DNA of 64,000 nt, from NCBI GenBank assembly GCA_028023455.1, contig JAQFVV010000010.1, forward strand, positions 9,362,001 to 9,426,000, given 5' to 3'. Below the pieces are notes generated by a model. That model saw only the letters and a list, made by a program, of their open reading frames with translations. It was not told where the DNA came from and did not search any database. A program made the position numbers and the translations under genes. The DNA comes from Epiperipatus broadwayi. Lineage: Eukaryota > Animalia > Onychophora. This document shows, piece by piece, positions 27,986 to 39,935 of the stretch; position 1 is the first letter of the stretch, and the number at the start of each line of letters is the position of its first letter.

Positions 27986-28399
27986 TAAAAAACCTATATT
28001 CAAGTGCAAAGGGAGTGGATATTTTCTTTTTTTAAAGATTTTTGAAATGAAATACACAGTTCATTGAGTGAAATGGGTTACTTTGTTGGATATAATCAAA
28101 TATATTCAAACCACCCTTTAGGACATTAAGATATTTCAGCAACACCTATTGTGATTTCTCAGAAGACATTGCTGAAATATCTTAAGGTTATGAAAGGTTA
28201 TTTGAATGTTTTATATCTATTTTCAGATAGAGGTATGCATTATTATATATATATATTGTGCCCTTTTGTATGGGTCACCATATATATATATATATATACA
28301 TCGAGAAGTAAGGGTACAATATATATATGATTAAATTCTTCTTATGAAAGAAATGAGTGTGTGAAGCATAAGACAATGATATCCATCTATTTTTTTGAA

Positions 28400-29060
28400 A
28401 TATATATTTATATAGGTTGTTAAATGAAGTTTGTTCTGGTAAAAACAGAATTAGCATTGGGAGTAAGAGGGTTAATTGTATCATATTTGCTGATAATATA
28501 ATGTCTTCAGATAGTGGCTTGACTTAGTAAGATGTTATAAAAGTTAAACAAAACTTATAGAAAGTTAGAATTAATACATTATACAGGCTTAAACCTGCAT
28601 TTATGTATGTAATATATTCGGGATTCGAACTCAGACTTTTACACGACCCACTACTCTCAGTGCCATCTCATATTGCTGACCCACCTGATCACACACATGT
28701 TGAAAAGATAAATAATCACAATCACCAATATACGTATTTCATGCTAAACCAGCAATCATCAGTTGGTCTAGATTACTATCCGCACACATATATACAATCA
28801 GCGCTCAGCTTTATATTAAGATAGCTAATCTTCATACTTTAATGGGCAGACTTCAAACTATTCCAACTGACTACTCTTCAGCCTTCCATTTCAAAATGAA
28901 AATAAATCCTCAAAAAGTTATAGAGTAGATTAATGCTCTAAAATATTTGGGAAATTGAATCACTGATAATGAAAATAGATATAAAGAAATTAGATTGAAA
29001 ATTGCAGTCTCTAAATCAAGTTTTTACCAAAAACAGGAGTATGTCATGGACGCTTGATAT
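28400..29060 (+). mobile_element. LINE RT fragment interrupted by a family C copy
   Basis: IIFADNIM-like codons (~28480). After the insertion, KYLG...EIRLKIAVSK. Confidence 0.55.
28605..28900 (-). mobile_element. HHR family C copy with a perfect B box
   Basis: Minus strand: CCAA-CTGATGA-TTGCT-GGTTT-AGCAT-GAAA-TACGTA-TA^TTGG (28725-28766). GAGTTCGAATCCC at 28620-28632. Confidence 0.85.
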
Positions 29061-30199
29061 TAAATCTAATAAATGGATTACATATAAATGGTTCAGTTAT
29101 GATAATTCAATGAATTATAAAAGTTCCTTTAGGCAAACCAAATGCTAAAACATTAAGAAAAGAAGAAAATTAGTATGATTATAATCTCTTATTAATATCT
29201 AATAGTAAGATCATAATATGAACTAAATTAACCAGATTGTAAGTTTAAAAGATTTAATTAAGTCTGCTAGTTGAAATTCTTACCTTTTATATTTTAGACA
29301 ATTAAGCCCATAAACATATTACAAAAATATAATTTATTAATTAATTATTTTTGGTTATATTTTGCATTATGAATTATTAAGTGACCATAATTTTCTGTTA
29401 ATCATATGAATAGCGTTCTTATTTGTAAAATTTTCAATGTAGTATATATATAGATGTTTGCTGCTACAACATTATCCTATAATATTCCCAATTGTTTTCA
29501 GACATTAGTCATATAAGACATTAAGAAAAATTAGCAGAACAAACACAAGAAAAACAGTAAAGATAAAGTAAGGTTCATGTGATTAAAAAGTAGATGAGAA
29601 ATAGCAATGTTAAATCCTACATTGATTGTGGTGAAATAGATAAATGGTTAGATTAATATTATAAATATAAGTGGTAAGTTTTAAATTCAATTATTTGGAA
29701 TAGAAAAAAGTTACAATGTGGGATAATTTTATGAAAAAGAGAGGAAGAAATATGAACAGTAACTATGTGAACATTAATACAAACACAAATACTGCTGTGA
29801 AATTTTTAAAAGATATTTTATACTATAAATAGAAGAGCAAACTGAATTGTAGATTCAATAGCTTTGGATTTAATTAAAAAGATATGCTGAATATTCAAGG
29901 TTTCAACTAGAGATGATTAAAGTTAAGTGAAATATGAAAATTTGTTAATCAAATAAATGTTACAAATAGAAATTATCATTAAATTTATTATAAATAATCT
30001 GGAAACAATACTTATAAGAGAATGTTACTGTTATGCATTTACAACTAAAAGATTGGAATCTATGTATGTTTTTATTATTTAGCATAGGACTTTTTTTAGG
30101 CAGTTAAACAATTAACAAAACATCATAAATAATCTAAAGAAATTCCAACCAAGAGATAAATCCATTAGCTTTGATAAACCCTTCAATTCATCCGCCATA

Positions 30200-30480
30200 T
30201 CCATAGATTCAACCGTCATTATTTCACGCTCTGTGCTTATCCATATTTACATAGATCAGCAGTTGCTAAATTCCATTTGTGAAGCAGATGACTGTAATGA
30301 CTATGGATTGTCCTGAATGTCTTGATAAAACTTTAGTTGCACCCAGAAAGATCAATTCCAGCAGGCTTTATTATTGGATCTGGGAAAAGAAATTTGTTTG
30401 TAATCTGATAAGAATTCTATTTTTTTTTTTTGCCATAATTCTTTGATTGCAAATGCTTGGTTAAACATCCAACAAGAAGA
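30200..30480 (-). pseudogene. Non-LTR retrotransposon C-terminal relic
   Basis: PAGIDLS...WVQL...HSHYSHLLHKWNLATADLCKYG resembles the PPGFDL..W..LNR.RTGHG....LHKW....C.CG tail of jockey-like ORF2 proteins. Confidence 0.45.
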
Positions 30481-30980
30481 TCTAAATTTGAGATGTCTTA
30501 GGGAATGAAATTATATCTTGAATTATTGGAGAGTTCTGGTTGCTTAACAACTTTTTATACATTTTTGCAAGGCAATTTCTGATATCTGGTAGAAGAATAT
30601 AAAAGCCACAGAAAAGAAATAAAACTGAGTATACTAGTAATATTTCTCATATACAAAAGTTTAGTGAAGGATTTTTTCTCCAAACAGCCACAAAATATTC
30701 ATCAACAGAATATGTTAGAGCTAAGAAAACTGTCTGTCACATATTTGCATCTCATTCCTTATTAATGTTCAGATTTCCGAGGAGGTTATTCTTGAAATTA
30801 ATTTGAATAATCTTAGATAAATGAGGAAAATAAGTTAGGCTACAATCCAAGGTTACTCCTAAATGTGTAACATTTATATATGTAAACAAATTTAGAAGAT
30901 TTAAACTTTAATCACAATATGTGACCAGTCACTATTTGGATGTCACAATATATAAAAAAAAACTTAGATTTTTTTTTTCA

Positions 30981-31061
30981 TGTGTCAAAGCATCGGCCGG
31001 GAAGCGAACCCGCGACAACTTGTAAGGCAGCTGTGCTGAACACTCGGCCACCAACGCTTGA
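30981..31061 (-). mobile_element. tRNA-Gly(TCC)-derived SINE copy 1
   Basis: GCGTTGGTGGCCGAGTGTTCAGCACAGCTGCCTTACAAGTTGTCGCGGGTTCGCTTCCCGGCCGATGC aligns to metazoan tRNA-Gly-TCC. Followed by TTTGACACATG and an A-tail. Confidence 0.8.
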
Positions 31062-32040
31062 CAAAAAATATATATATATTTTCTAGCTTATTTATATAGA
31101 TTATAATGTGTATTAGATCATTTAATTAAATTTTTAATTATATAGTTTATTGATAACGATTAATTAATAAAATGAATTTATATAAATATGTTTTATTTAA
31201 TGTTTAGCCATAGGCTGATTTTTATAGAAGATAATAGCATTGATTATTAATGCTTTAATATCAAGTTAGTCAATTTTCTCTTATCGATATAGGATGAAAG
31301 GTACTAAATTTGCAATAATAATTAGTAATTCTTTAATTAAGGCAGCTAAATAAAAAAAAGGGTATTTGAAATGCTTGCATATGGTAGAGTGATTGGCCAG
31401 TTTTATCTTATAATGTCGTAACTGAATAATGATTGTTTCATGCACTGTGATTGAAGTTTATATCTTCCAAGTATACAATAAATAATCATAAGTTTTTTAA
31501 ACATCTGTAACTGAAATGCAAGTAATAATCTTCCATTAAGTTATATACCATCAAATACATGAAAGAAAAAATGGTATTATTCTCTTTTAAGGTCTGTTGT
31601 TTTTGTAAGCTTAATTTTTGATGTAGTATTGAAATTATAGGATCAATTTTGTCTATTGTTTTAATTTATGAGTGGACTAAATAATTTGAAATCATCATTA
31701 ATACATACAGAGGATGAAGAACGAATCTTACTTACTCTGAATATTAGATGAAATATCAGTCTTAATAAATGTAATAATAAATAAACATCTTTTTAAATTT
31801 AGAGGTTGTTAAAAATAACACTAGTTCTTCATTTTCTGCATATATTAATGGCAATTTCAGATTATTTAGTCTACTAACAAATTAAAACAGGAGACAAAAT
31901 TGATCTTATAATGTGAAAACTACACCATAACAAGAGGGCTTAAAGAGAGAGTGGTACCATTTTCTCTTTAGTGTGTTTGAATTTACATAACTCAATAGGA
32001 TGTAGTTACTTCTGTTTCAGTTACACACACATGTATGTAT

Positions 32041-33582
32041 AATATTCAAATATAAGTATATTGTCTATACTAAGCTTAATGTAATTAGAAGGGACTTAAA
32101 CTCAGACTTTCAAACTCCTACAGCTATGTACTCTATCTTATACTTCTGATACAGATGACAGCATACATGTGAAAAAGATAAATAATCTTCAATGTATATA
32201 TATATTTCATGCTGGCCCCTCAGTTGATCCAGATTACTATCTCCCACTCATATATACAATTAGTGCTCAGTTTATACTAAGATACAAAATCTTCCAACTT
32301 TAATGGACAAGCTTCAATTCTCCACCTTCCAACTCTTCAGCCATCCATATCAATGAAATCCAATGATGGAATATTCAAAGCTCTTGTTGATGCCAATATT
32401 ATAGTCATACCCATGTTGACTTTAAGTCACTCTGACCCTTCACATATAGTACCTTAATATGTCAATTTAAATATGCAGAACAGGGATGAGCAGAATACAA
32501 GCTGAATATATTATATTCAAATATAAGTGTATTGTCTATACTAAGCTTAATGTTATTAGAAGAGGTTTGAACTCAGACTTTCAAACTACCTACAGCTATG
32601 CATGCTATCTTATACAACTGATACCCATGTGAAAAAGATAAATGATCTCTAATACATATATTTCATGCTGAATCAGCACTCAACATTTGACCCATATCAC
32701 CATCTCCCACATGTATATACACTCAATGCTTAGTGGACATATTAAGGTCCTATATGTGAGGGTTCAGAATATCTTAATGTCAAAATGAGTATGACAATAA
32801 TATTGCCATAAACAAGGGCTTTGAGTGTTCCATCATGGGATTTGAATTGATATGAATGACTGAAGAGTTGGAGAGTGGAGAAGATTGAAGCTTGTCCATT
32901 AAAGTTTGAAGATTTGCTATCTTAATATAAACTGAACACTGATTGTGTATATGTGTGGGAGATGGGGATCTGTACTTAACTGATGAGTGCTGGTTCAGCA
33001 TGAAATATGATATGGGAGATCATTTATCTTTTTCATATATATGTGGTCATGTGTATCAATTTTACATGGTAGAATACATAGTTGTAGGGAGTTTGAAAGT
33101 CTGAGTTCAAGTCCCTCCTAATTACATTAAGCTTAGTATAGATGATATACTTATATTTGAATATTACATATTCAGCCTACATTCTGCCCATCCCTCTTCT
33201 GTGTATTTAAATAGACATATTGAAGTCCTATATGTGAGGTCAGAGGGTCTTAAAGTCAACATGTGTATGACAATAACATTGGCATCAACAAGAGCTTTGA
33301 CGGTTCCATCGTCAGATTTTATTGATATGGATGGCTGAAGAATTGAAGATGGAGAGGATTGAAGCTTGTTCATTTAATATAAACTGATTATTGATTGCAC
33401 ATATTAAAGGAGCTGATCTGGACCAAGTGATCAATGCTGGTTAAGCATGAAAAAATATGTATATTGGAGACTATTTATCTTTTTCACATATATGTCATCA
33501 TGTGTATCAGCTGTAAAAGGTAGAGTGCATAGAGGGTATAGCTATATGGAGCTTGAAAGTCTGCATTCAAGTCCCTCCTAAT
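32041..33582. mobile_element. HHR family C array: two minus monomers (32041-32510; 32511-32733 partial) then two plus monomers (32735-33164; 33165-33582)
   Basis: Period 471 bp (32043 vs 32514) and 460 bp (33111 vs 33571). HHR cores at ~32220, ~32680, 32980 and ~33425. B box GAGTTCAAGTCC at 33103-33114. Confidence 0.9.
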
Positions 33583-34375
33583 ATATATATAAATACAGAT
33601 ATACTTTATATGCTTATACATAAATGATAACTGATAATGCCCTTTTTTTTTTCAAAAATTGAATGAAGTTATTTGCTGAGTTAGAACATAAAACTTGCTG
33701 TATAATATAGTTATAAAAATCTTGAGATTTGGTTCCATTCTAACAAGAAATAATGAAACAGTAATAATTATATACATATTTAGTGTAAACATACAATGGT
33801 ATATTTTCATTAGTATAATAAAGTATATATTTTATTGTAAGCTTTCCCATGCATTAGTAGTAAAAAGTGTAAAACATTTTACTGGTAGTATTTAAAATAA
33901 TTTTCTTATTGGCATCATTGATCAGGAACCATTTTACAGCCATTCTATATTGAATTTAATTAAGATACAGTATATTTTTGATGAGTATAATGCACAGAGC
34001 AGTTGTTAAGTTATTGTGATCATAACAAAAATAATAAGTTACATAAATATTTTTTTCGAGATTTTCAATTTAGGTCAAATGAAATTTAAAGAAAAATTGT
34101 GCAATTCAACAGAAATTTTAATAGCTCTGAATAATTATGGAATTTATATGTAGATATTTTTTATCTAGTTAATGATTGCAATAAATTGAAAAAAGTAAAA
34201 TTAGTAGAGATAAACTCTAGTCTAATAAATGATTGATGATTAACGTTGTTAGGTTTATCAAAAGTGTACGAAGTCGAGGTTGTGGGTGGAGCAAGTTTGG
34301 CGGTTGTAAATAAAGATGTGACAATTCGCTATAGATAAATACTCTTCATGTAATAAAGAAATATATGAGAGCTGG

Positions 34376-34430
34376 TGACCTGGGCCAACTGATGAGTACT
34401 GGTTCAGCACGAAATGCATCTTGGGGGTCA
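34376..34430 (+). ncRNA. Type I hammerhead ribozyme, family C, best-preserved copy
   Basis: CTGATGA 34389-95; stem II GTACT/AGCAC (one mismatch); GAAA 34411-14; palindromic stem III ATGCAT; ATC^ at 34420; stem I CCAA/TTGG plus TGACC/GGTCA. Confidence 0.8.
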
Positions 34431-35346
34431 TTTGTCTTTTATTGTATTTTTATTTATATAAAAAAGAAAGAGAAAGTATGAAGATAATTAAAATAATCGA
34501 TAAAGTACATTTTTATACATAGTAAAGATATGGGTAAATTGATATATTTTCCATTATAGGAAATCATATGTTTAGCCAATTCTAAAATGTGTTGGTATTA
34601 TAATTGCAATAGTACAATTGTTTCATCAGTAGGCTTGAAAACAATTCTATTAGTGATGAATTTCATAATGATATGCCATTTGAACAACCAGTTTTGTCAA
34701 CAATGAAGATACTATGATTAACCTCAAGCACATGGAATACTGCCAGCTTACTATAATAATTGATGATGTAGCAAAAACAGAATGCAAGGTTATACAACTG
34801 AGATAGTTGAATAAATTGTGCTAAGAAGATGGCAAGCAATGATAAATTGCCATTGATGATAATCAAGTATTATCACTGGAAACTGCTTCAACTTAAGTAA
34901 ATTAAAAGTATGCATTATTTTTGTAGAAATAGAAATATTGTGAGAAAATCTTATTTAAGATTAGCACCTGAATTACCAATAAATCACTTTATGATTTTAA
35001 GAATATTTTTAATAAATAAAAAAAAAAGATGAGAAACAGCAAGATTGAATGAAGCATGTCATCATCATAATAAATGAATCTTTGAAAAGCTTGAAAAATG
35101 AAAAAGATAACAGCCACTCTTAAAAAATACAATTCATATGACTTTCAAAAATCAATATCAGCTTGAGGTATCTAATAAGAATAACAGTAATAAATAATAA
35201 CATTCATTTTATTGTACAATAGGACAATTATATAAAATCTCTAAAAAGTAATGGTTATGATGAAAAAAAAAAAAAAAAATTCATTCAAACTTGTTAATGT
35301 GAATAAAATTATGGAAAATTATCACTAATTTAGATAACATATATCA

Positions 35347-35637
35347 TTTTCAACATTCTTATACATTTAACAATACTATTTTTTTACACCAAAACTTTAC
35401 TCTTACAATTTCGACTGTCCTGCAGTCATCATTAGAGTTACAATATCCAAATATATAATCATACAATTAATATATTTTAACACATTTACATACATAATCA
35501 AATAATTATTTAAATAATTGTATGATTATATATTTGGATATTGTAGGTCTGATGATGATGGCAGGATATTCGAAACTGTAATAGTAAAGTTTTGATATAA
35601 AAAATAGTATTATTAAGTGTATAAAAAGGTTGAAAAT
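35347..35637. mobile_element. HHR family D, 5'-to-5' inverted pair
   Basis: Arms 35347-35468 and 35515-35637. Minus core CTAATGA-T-GACTG-CAGGA-CAGTC-GAAA. Plus core CTGATGA (35549-55)-T-GATGG-CAGGA-TATTC-GAAA-CTGTAATAGTA. Confidence 0.7.
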
Positions 35638-36696
35638 AGTATGATATGTAAATATAGAAATCAATATATAAGGAAAAAAGAAGAAAAAAAATGTAATTTA
35701 GGTGAAGTAAACCTTGTTTAAGAAAGAAAACCCATACATCTCAAAGTAACTATGTGCTTTACTATCATCAAAATACAGAAACTTCATAATGAATATTATT
35801 TAAAATATGCAGTTATAACAATATAAATATCTTAAATATTATTTTTGGAAAATTTTTATTTTCTTTAAAATAGAAATTGTGCAATTAATTATAAACAGAA
35901 AAATTATATATAAAAAAGTTTGTTTTGAAATTACCCATATACAAAATACACTTGGGATAAACTTTAAAAAGACCATTCTGTTACCTTCATTGCTTGTAGA
36001 TCTCAGGCCACTGTGTCCATGCTATGTAGAATTGGCCTGTCTTCTTAAGGTATGTTAAAAATTTGGGCAATGTGGAATAAAAAAATATTCCACAATCTAT
36101 TCTTAGCCAAGTTTCCACAATCAAAAAACATTTTTTTTAAAAAAAAAACAAACTCAACATTTTTCAAAACTTATCTTATTAAAAAATAGACAAAATATGT
36201 AAAGTAGTACTAATACTAGAAAAAAAATTAAAAATAGATATAAATTTAAAGAAAAATTAAACAATATATTAAAAATTTATATAAAATTGACTTTAATCAA
36301 GTGTGTTCACAAACCAAATTTTGAGTCTTTAAATAATTGCAAAAATATGTTCTTAATATTAAAAAATGTCAAACAGAAAACAAATAATACAAACATTCAA
36401 TGATATGGACAACCATAATGGTGTAATCATATATGCTATGAATATATAGCTTCTCCTCAATCCAAGAGCTAACGACTGGCAATGTTTAAATCCAACATTA
36501 TTATTTCTAGAACTAAATTTTTGATCATCTAATATTTTTTTTGTCTTATTATATTAATTCCATGTTCTATATTTGTCTATCTTCTTACTATTTCTAAGGA
36601 AAAGATTTCCAAAATCATTCTATATATTTGATTTTTGCTATCTCATCATTTTTTTCTTTCTGTCTAATCAATGGATAGTTATGTTGAGTTTAGTAC

Positions 36697-38915
36697 TGTA
36701 ACAAGCACAGACGTTCGTTACATTGTTTTTTTTTTATTTATTAAACATGAAAGTAAATTAAAAAGTTCGCATTTAAAAATTTTCTTTAAGAATTAAAAAT
36801 TGAAATTAAATATCTTAAACTCGTATATATTAAATCGCACAGATAATGAAAAATTATTAAAATAAAACTTTATTAAAGAAAAAGTATTTTAAAACTAAAT
36901 TTTAAAAAGATTTGGAAATAAAATTATATCTTTAAATTTATCTTTAAATATATCTTTGATTTGAAAACAGGTTAATTAATCAGAAATGGAAATGATAAAT
37001 TTAATTAGTCAAATGTAAACCAGCCTTGGGCATTTAAATGTAAAAACATCGGTCAGATAGGAAAACAATAGAAACTTTTAGCAAATGAAATAAATCCATT
37101 GGGAAATCGGACCTCAACGAAAAGGATCATCGCATCGATGACGTAATGTAAATGCAATCCTTCAAATGAATATAAAAGGACATGGTTGAAAATTAAGAGT
37201 TAGTGATTATGATTATTACGATGTGACAGATAGGTGTTAGTTCGGAGGTGAGGGAGAAGGAATTGAAGAGACGCACGATTCAATCCCTTCAGTTTTGCCA
37301 AAGAAAGAAAGAGAAATGAACTATCGTTTTCTACATTGAGGACCAACTAAATTCAAAAACCTCCGAATGAATAAATAAAACATCGGCTAAATGTATACCA
37401 ATATCTTCAGGACAGCGTGGGAATTCCCGTTCAAACTTACAAGCAACGGATAAAGATGAACTGTTTTAAACCATAAGAACTTTATAAATAATGAACATTA
37501 AATTAAAATTTTCTATATTTAAATGATTGCAATATGAGCCTATCTGACCAAACTAAATTCTTTATTAATAGTGTTATTTGATGTATTTTTTTTCTTATTT
37601 ATGTAAAATCATTTCCATTTATTTATTTTTTATTCTTTAAGTTTTTATCATGATTTTTTTGTTTTTCGTTAAATTAATTATATAAATGTTAAACTTAAGT
37701 CGGGCGTGAATGGCTGTATAGATTTGTAAAGTTATATTAGGGGAGGGTAATCTTAGGTTATTTGTGTCATTGTTAGATTGGGTCAAGGGATTGGATATAT
37801 TGATGTAGTTAGTAGATGTAGTCGGAGATTCGCTACTGGCAGAATCGCTTCATACGCCGCACTCTCCCGTTTTGCCTAGGGAAGGAATTATAAGACGCAG
37901 AGCGCAGTTCCTTTCTATGGAGTTTTTTTTTTTTTATTGTTCTTCTCGTTGGATAGAAGTAATATTCCTATCTAATGAAAGTCAATATCTTCTCTTAATC
38001 TTTTTGGTGCTGCCATATTCCGTATTACATTGAATACATCGATGTATCAGATGAATTGATGCCGGTTTGACTGCGAATTTTAGCCTAAGGTTAAATAGGG
38101 ATAGAATATTTTATTTTCAAATGCAAATCTATGTGGTCTATTCATACTTGACCCTAAATAAAAATGCATTAAATTTAAGTTGTTTATAGACGCTTGCATG
38201 GATTGGTCATCGGTTAAGCATGTTTTGGGTTTTCATATTTGATCAAAGTATATAGACATTCGATAAATAATGATACCTTACGGTGAGTATCTAAAATGTA
38301 TTTATTCGGATGTCTTTTAAGTTATTGGTGACAATGCAAGTATCTTATGGTGAATACTATTGGGTTACATATAAATTTCCCTCCGCAATTGTCAGTAATC
38401 AATAATTTTGTATTTTGATCGTTTATGTTTCTTTTGAAATGTTTTTGACCGTGAAATCTATGTAACCGATCTATATTCAACATTATAAACAAGCTTTCAT
38501 AAATTTATATGTGCGAACTTAATTAAAATGTAAAATTATAATATAATAGTAATTAAATGTAAATTAAAGTAAAGTTAAAAATAATGTTAAATGTTAAAAT
38601 GTAAACTGATACTAAAACAATTTTAAATCTTATATATATATGTGCGTAAATAAATTTTTGTATGTTAATTACTGGCAGTGGCTTATTTTATTCTTTTTTT
38701 ATATATATACTCTTAGATTATCTTATTAAATCTCTGCTATTCCACTGAGCTAGTGACATGGGCTAATGACCGGAATCAAAATTTAAAAAAAAAAAAAAAA
38801 TTTTTTTTTTTTTGACTGACGTATCTGCCTACTTTATAAATTTTTCTAGGTTCAAATGCCTAGATAGCGCCCTGTAGTGCAGTTTACGTTAAGTGACATT
38901 CTCCGGATCGTTACA
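36697..38915. mobile_element. 2219-bp solo-LTR-like insertion (Gypsy-type)
   Basis: Termini TGTAAC / GTTACA. Exact 4-bp TSD GTAC at 36693-36696 and 38916-38919. About 50 CpGs inside versus very few in the flanks. Candidate TATA (ATTATAAG) at ~37888. Confidence 0.8.
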
Positions 38916-39590
38916 GTACAGTATGAGCTCAAGCAATACAATTTCTTGGATTAATTCCTATCTTATTATGTTATTGTTCTGCTCAAATGCCAATAACCAT
39001 TTAACTTTAACATAATGATGAAAACGTTAGAATCAACAACTGAAGATTCTAGAATTGATTTTTACCAAAGAAAATAAAAAAATTTCAATTTGGTCAATTG
39101 AATTGAACCACTGAGTTTAACTTGTCACTAGGCACAGAAAAATCATTTGCTCTCTTGAACAACTGATCATGAAATTACTTATTGAATTATCTTTCTGTAG
39201 CATATTTCAAACTCTGAAGGTAGCCATTTTCAACAATTCTTAAGATCCATATCTCAAATATATACATATTCACATTCCATAAAGCTGCTCATGAATTATT
39301 TATTTATTTGTATTAAAGGTTCATTTTAAAAATATTTTTTAATATTTATAAACTTTGAAGTTTGAATTATATAAATATTAATTTAGCTAATGAACTCAAT
39401 ATTTCAGATTTCTTTCCTTGATCATTATACTGACATGCAATTAAGTTAATAAAATGTTTTAAGTTGTCAAATTAAAACAAATGCAGACCAGTTTGTCAAA
39501 TTTTTGAAAATTTAGATTACCAAAGTATTCATACAGTAAGTGCTACCAAGTACAAGCCTTCATAATCAATGGATGCAGGAAGGTTTGAGC

Positions 39591-39935
39591 ATAAAATCTC
39601 TATCTAGTGGCTGCTCATTCAACATTCCCAGACTAGTTTCTAACTTGTGATTTTTATCAGTGAGGCACCTTGGATTTGATATCACTGCATCTAGATCTTA
39701 GGGTCTAATGCAATCCTCCAGCAATCACCTTTTATCTATTTGGTTAACTATGGCCAAGATTCCTCACTGATGAAAGCCACAGCTAGAAACTAGTCTGAGG
39801 ATGTTGGATGAGTAGGCACTAGAGAGGGATATTATGTATAAACCTTCCTGCATTCATTGATTATGAAAGCTTGCAATTGATGGCACTATTGTATGGAGAG
39901 TTTGTATTCTTATTAACAGCATGTGTAAGCATATA
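39591..39935. mobile_element. HHR family A, 5'-to-5' inverted pair (minus 39591-39722; plus 39752-39935)
   Basis: The two copies are homologous. The plus copy carries the intact core below and ends ...GATCATGTGATG. Confidence 0.85.
39754..39807 (+). ncRNA. Type I hammerhead ribozyme, family A, best-preserved copy
   Basis: Stem I TCCTCA (39761-66)/TGAGGA (39796-801) plus CCAA/TTGG; CTGATGA 39767-73; stem II A-AGC-CACA-GCT-A; GAAA 39786-89; stem III ACTAGT; GTC^ at 39795. Confidence 0.8.

Noticed and set aside
30990-31057. Functional tRNA genes (also at 44.2, 52.7 and 53.3 kb)
   Set aside because: Broken anticodon or variable arms, inconsistent anticodons, and a shared tail with an A-rich end indicate SINE copies.
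36000-36049. 50-nt candidate exon (TTGTAG...AAG/GTATGT; one open frame LRPLCPCYVELACLLK)
   Set aside because: Isolated, with no recognisable homology, and a competing minus-strand donor is equally plausible. Needs RNA-seq.
36697-38915. CpG-rich region as a host gene promoter island
   Set aside because: Its boundaries coincide with TGTAAC/GTTACA termini and an exact GTAC TSD, so an LTR insertion explains it.
38750-39131. CTAGTGACA / TGTCACTAG as MITE TIRs
   Set aside because: No TSD, and the left copy lies inside the solo LTR while the right lies outside.
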